Shown here in pieces: positions 61,391-64,000 of a stretch of 64,000 nucleotides of DNA. The notes beneath the pieces were generated by a model. That model had not been told where the DNA came from and ran no database searches. It saw nothing but the letters and a program-made list of their open reading frames with translations. The translations under genes were made by a program, and so were the position numbers. Source of the stretch: the human T2T-CHM13v2.0 reference genome, Homo sapiens; the NCBI RefSeq assembly GCF_009914755.1, contig NC_060942.1. One strand, written 5' to 3'. Position 1 is the stretch's first letter. Each line of letters begins with the position of its first letter.

Positions 61391-61820
61391 TGTTATACAG
61401 TTTGAATGTTTGCCCCCTCAAAAACTCTTATTGAAATGTCATCCCCAGTGTGACACTATTAAGAGGTGGGGCCGTTAAGAGGCAAGTGGGTCATGAGAGA
61501 TCTGCTCTCATGAATGAATGAATCTACTCATGGATTAATGGGTGAATGGATCAGTGGATTTTCATGGAGTGTTAGTTGTCATAAGAGTGGGTCTGTTAGA
61601 AAAGCCACTTTGGCCCTCTTGAGCCTCCTCCCATCATGGGGCGGCCTGCAGTGCCTCAGGACTCTGCAGAGAGTCCCCACCAGCAGAAAGGCCCTGACCA
61701 GATGCAGCACCTCAGCCTCGGACTTTCCAGCCTCCAGAACTGTAAGCAATAAATTCCTTTTTAAAATTAATTACCCAGTCTCAGGTATTTGGTTATAGCA
61801 ACAGAAAATGGACTAAGACA
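61391..61820. mobile_element. MST-type (MSTC/D-like) MaLR LTR
   Basis: tgttatacagtttgaatgtttgcccc...ccagcctccagaactgtaagcaataaatt...gttatagcaacagaaaatggactaagaca. Confidence 0.85.
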
Positions 61821-62654
61821 GTTCTCCATTTCATTCTCCCTGGCTCCAATTAAGTAACTGAATAAGACTTTTGGTATCTACTGAGATATAAAGCTTTATA
61901 AACATAACTCAAAAGGAAAAATAGTTCAAACCTAAGTTTCAGTTATATTTTAAATTATTTTCAACTAAATGCATAAATGCGCAGATATTATATTCAGTAT
62001 TTTAGCATTGCCTTGCATGTTTCTGTGACAGCTATCTGGTCTCCAGTATTTTCAAGGGGTCTTTGTGTACATGTAGAATTCCTCTCAGTTTTCTCCAAGC
62101 AGCAGTAAGAAGCAAAGTATAATAGCATAGCTGAAGTTGGGAATCTCAGAACTTGAAATACTACCACCAAGCTGAGAAAGGACATCTAACTAAAGCACTG
62201 GATTAAAATAGTGCTTTAAAATCCCTGATTTACTGTCTAGAAAGAGTCTGTGAATGGAGTGATTATAAATGATGTAACTTTGTTTTTGGAAAACATCTGT
62301 TGTCCATGTGGATTTTTTGCATTTAGAAATGCCAGAGTTCTCTTCTCCAGAAAAAGATGTCCCAAAGTCAATGATAAGTACCTCAACTATATGCCACTTT
62401 CAACCCATGATGAATTCGTGGGCCTAGGAATCGATTGTGGGTGGCTGTTTACATCAGAGGAGGCGGCCAGACACCCTGCTTCCTGATGGAAGGACGCTCC
62501 CTGCGCTGCAGCAGTCTCCACGGAACCTTGCCTCGCCAGCCTTGCCCAGCCGTGGCTCACAGGAAACACAGGGCCCACAGGCACAGGAGAAACGGCCAGT
62601 GGCCAAGTACAGATTGTGGGAACTGAAACCGTCAGTCCAGGTTCTTTAACAAAT

Positions 62655-62900
62655 CAATTTCAAGGAAGAAAGAGGTGGAGGAGAAAGCTGTAGAGTAAAA
62701 GAGGCTCAAGAGACCTTTCCTGGATCCATACTTCAGACAAGCAGTGTAAAAAACTATGACACACGAGACACCTGGAAATTAGAACCCTGACTTCTGTTTA
62801 ACATGGAGGAGTTATTGTGGCTGTCTGGTGTGCTAATATTTCGGTTCTGTTTAAAGTGTCTTTCACAAATGATACTGACATGCCCATGGTTGAAATGATA
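62655..62900 (+). mobile_element. Probable L1MC 3'UTR fragment
   Basis: agagtaaaagaggctcaagagac...tggatcc...gagacacctggaaatt; degenerate. Confidence 0.45.
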
Positions 62901-63767
62901 TGGCTCAGATTAGTTTCAGCAGCGCCAAGAGGAGTGAAGTGAGGGCTCAGATGAAAGAGCTGCCCTAGGTCCATGTTGCCAAAAAGGAGCGATGGCCACA
63001 GGGCTTTCAGGAGACTATCTGTCTTCTTGAGGTAATTTAACATTTCCTTTTAAAAATGTAGAAGGGGTGAAAAGAACATACGTTCCTGGATTTCAGTTCC
63101 TTGCATTTAATATCTTTCAAATTTACATACAAAAATGACATTTTCTGTGTGTTTTGGTTTTATTCCAGCTATAGGTACGTGTGCGTGCATCCATGAATGC
63201 AAGCACACACATACACAGACACAGACACACACACACACAGCAAGGTTGATGCCCCATATACCATGAGGGATTTCTAGTGTGTATTCCGCATGTTGAAATG
63301 GTATTATTACCAGGAAAGTGGAAATTTTGACTATTAGACACCCAAAATCAACATTTCACTGTTCAAATCAACTGCCCTACTAAAGCATCAGAAATACATT
63401 GGTCTAGCAAAGTGAAATTGGCACGTAATTATGTTTATAACCATCTTACTCATTGATTTCCTCTAAGAAAACTGTGTTATTTAAAACCTATTATAAAGTT
63501 TCATATCGAGAAAACTTGAATCTTTTACTGTCTACAATTTTTCTCATTGCTTTTTGGCCAACTGTATAAGTGAAAGGGGGTATTATGTCTGAGGGCAGAA
63601 TGTACATGGTGTTTAAAGAATAATTTTCACACATGGCAAATTCCACATTTGCCAAACCTCTCCTCCCATTTTCTTTTTAAATTTTTATATGTGTCATTAG
63701 AATAGCTTTATTCACAATGCAGTGATATTCCCTGTTGTTTCTGACAGCAGATACGTTACACTCAGGT

Positions 63768-64000
63768 ATCATGTGGCCTGAATGTTCATCTCTCTCTAAA
63801 ATCCCTGTGTTGAAACTGAGTCCCAGATGATGGCATAGTACTAATTAGGAGAGGTGACTGGGTCATGGGGCAGAGCCCCCATGAATGGGATTGGTTCCCT
63901 TAAAAGCAAGGTCCTAGGGAGGCAGATTCCCTCTCCCAGCCCTGAGGACACTGCAAGAAGGCTCCACTATGATGAGGGCCCTCATCAGACACCAAATCTC
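63768..64000. mobile_element. MLT1A-type LTR, cut by the window end
   Basis: ctgaatgttc...tgttgaaac...gggtcatggggcagagcccccatgaatgggatt...gggccctcatcagacaccaaatct. Confidence 0.75.

Overview
Primate (very probably human) genomic DNA, not prokaryotic. The window lies entirely inside a large gene on the + strand that I recognise as the P4-ATPase ATP9B (18q23). Only two coding exons are present. The first, 21494-21654 (161 nt), encodes two transmembrane segments ending in the P4 'IIPIS' motif. The second, 45165-45307 (143 nt), ends in the catalytic DKTG(T) phosphorylation motif. They splice in frame across a 23.5-kb GT-AG intron. The rest is intron: Alus, old and young L1s including one full-length 6.16-kb antisense L1PA3/4-type element with TSDs, MaLR LTRs, Tigger-family MITEs, MIR/L2 relics and many minisatellites or tandem duplications. 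Almost all ORFs in the supplied track are artefacts of these repeats. The main observations are: (1) a 65-bp triplication that copies the branch point, 3' splice site and first 20 nt of the catalytic exon, leaving two frameshifting decoy acceptors; (2) a candidate intronic polyadenylation site just after that exon's weak donor, where read-through still completes DKTGT; (3) a 273-bp perfectly identical tract with shared disabling mutations between two otherwise different L1 copies 13.4 kb apart, suggesting gene conversion; (4) an Alu monomer inserted with a unique 3' tail ending in a T run; (5) a 51-bp VNTR carrying 11 CGAGTCA (methyl-AP-1 type) sites. I see no evidence for a new protein-coding system. 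Repeat subfamily names and old-repeat boundaries come from my recollection of consensus sequences and are approximate.
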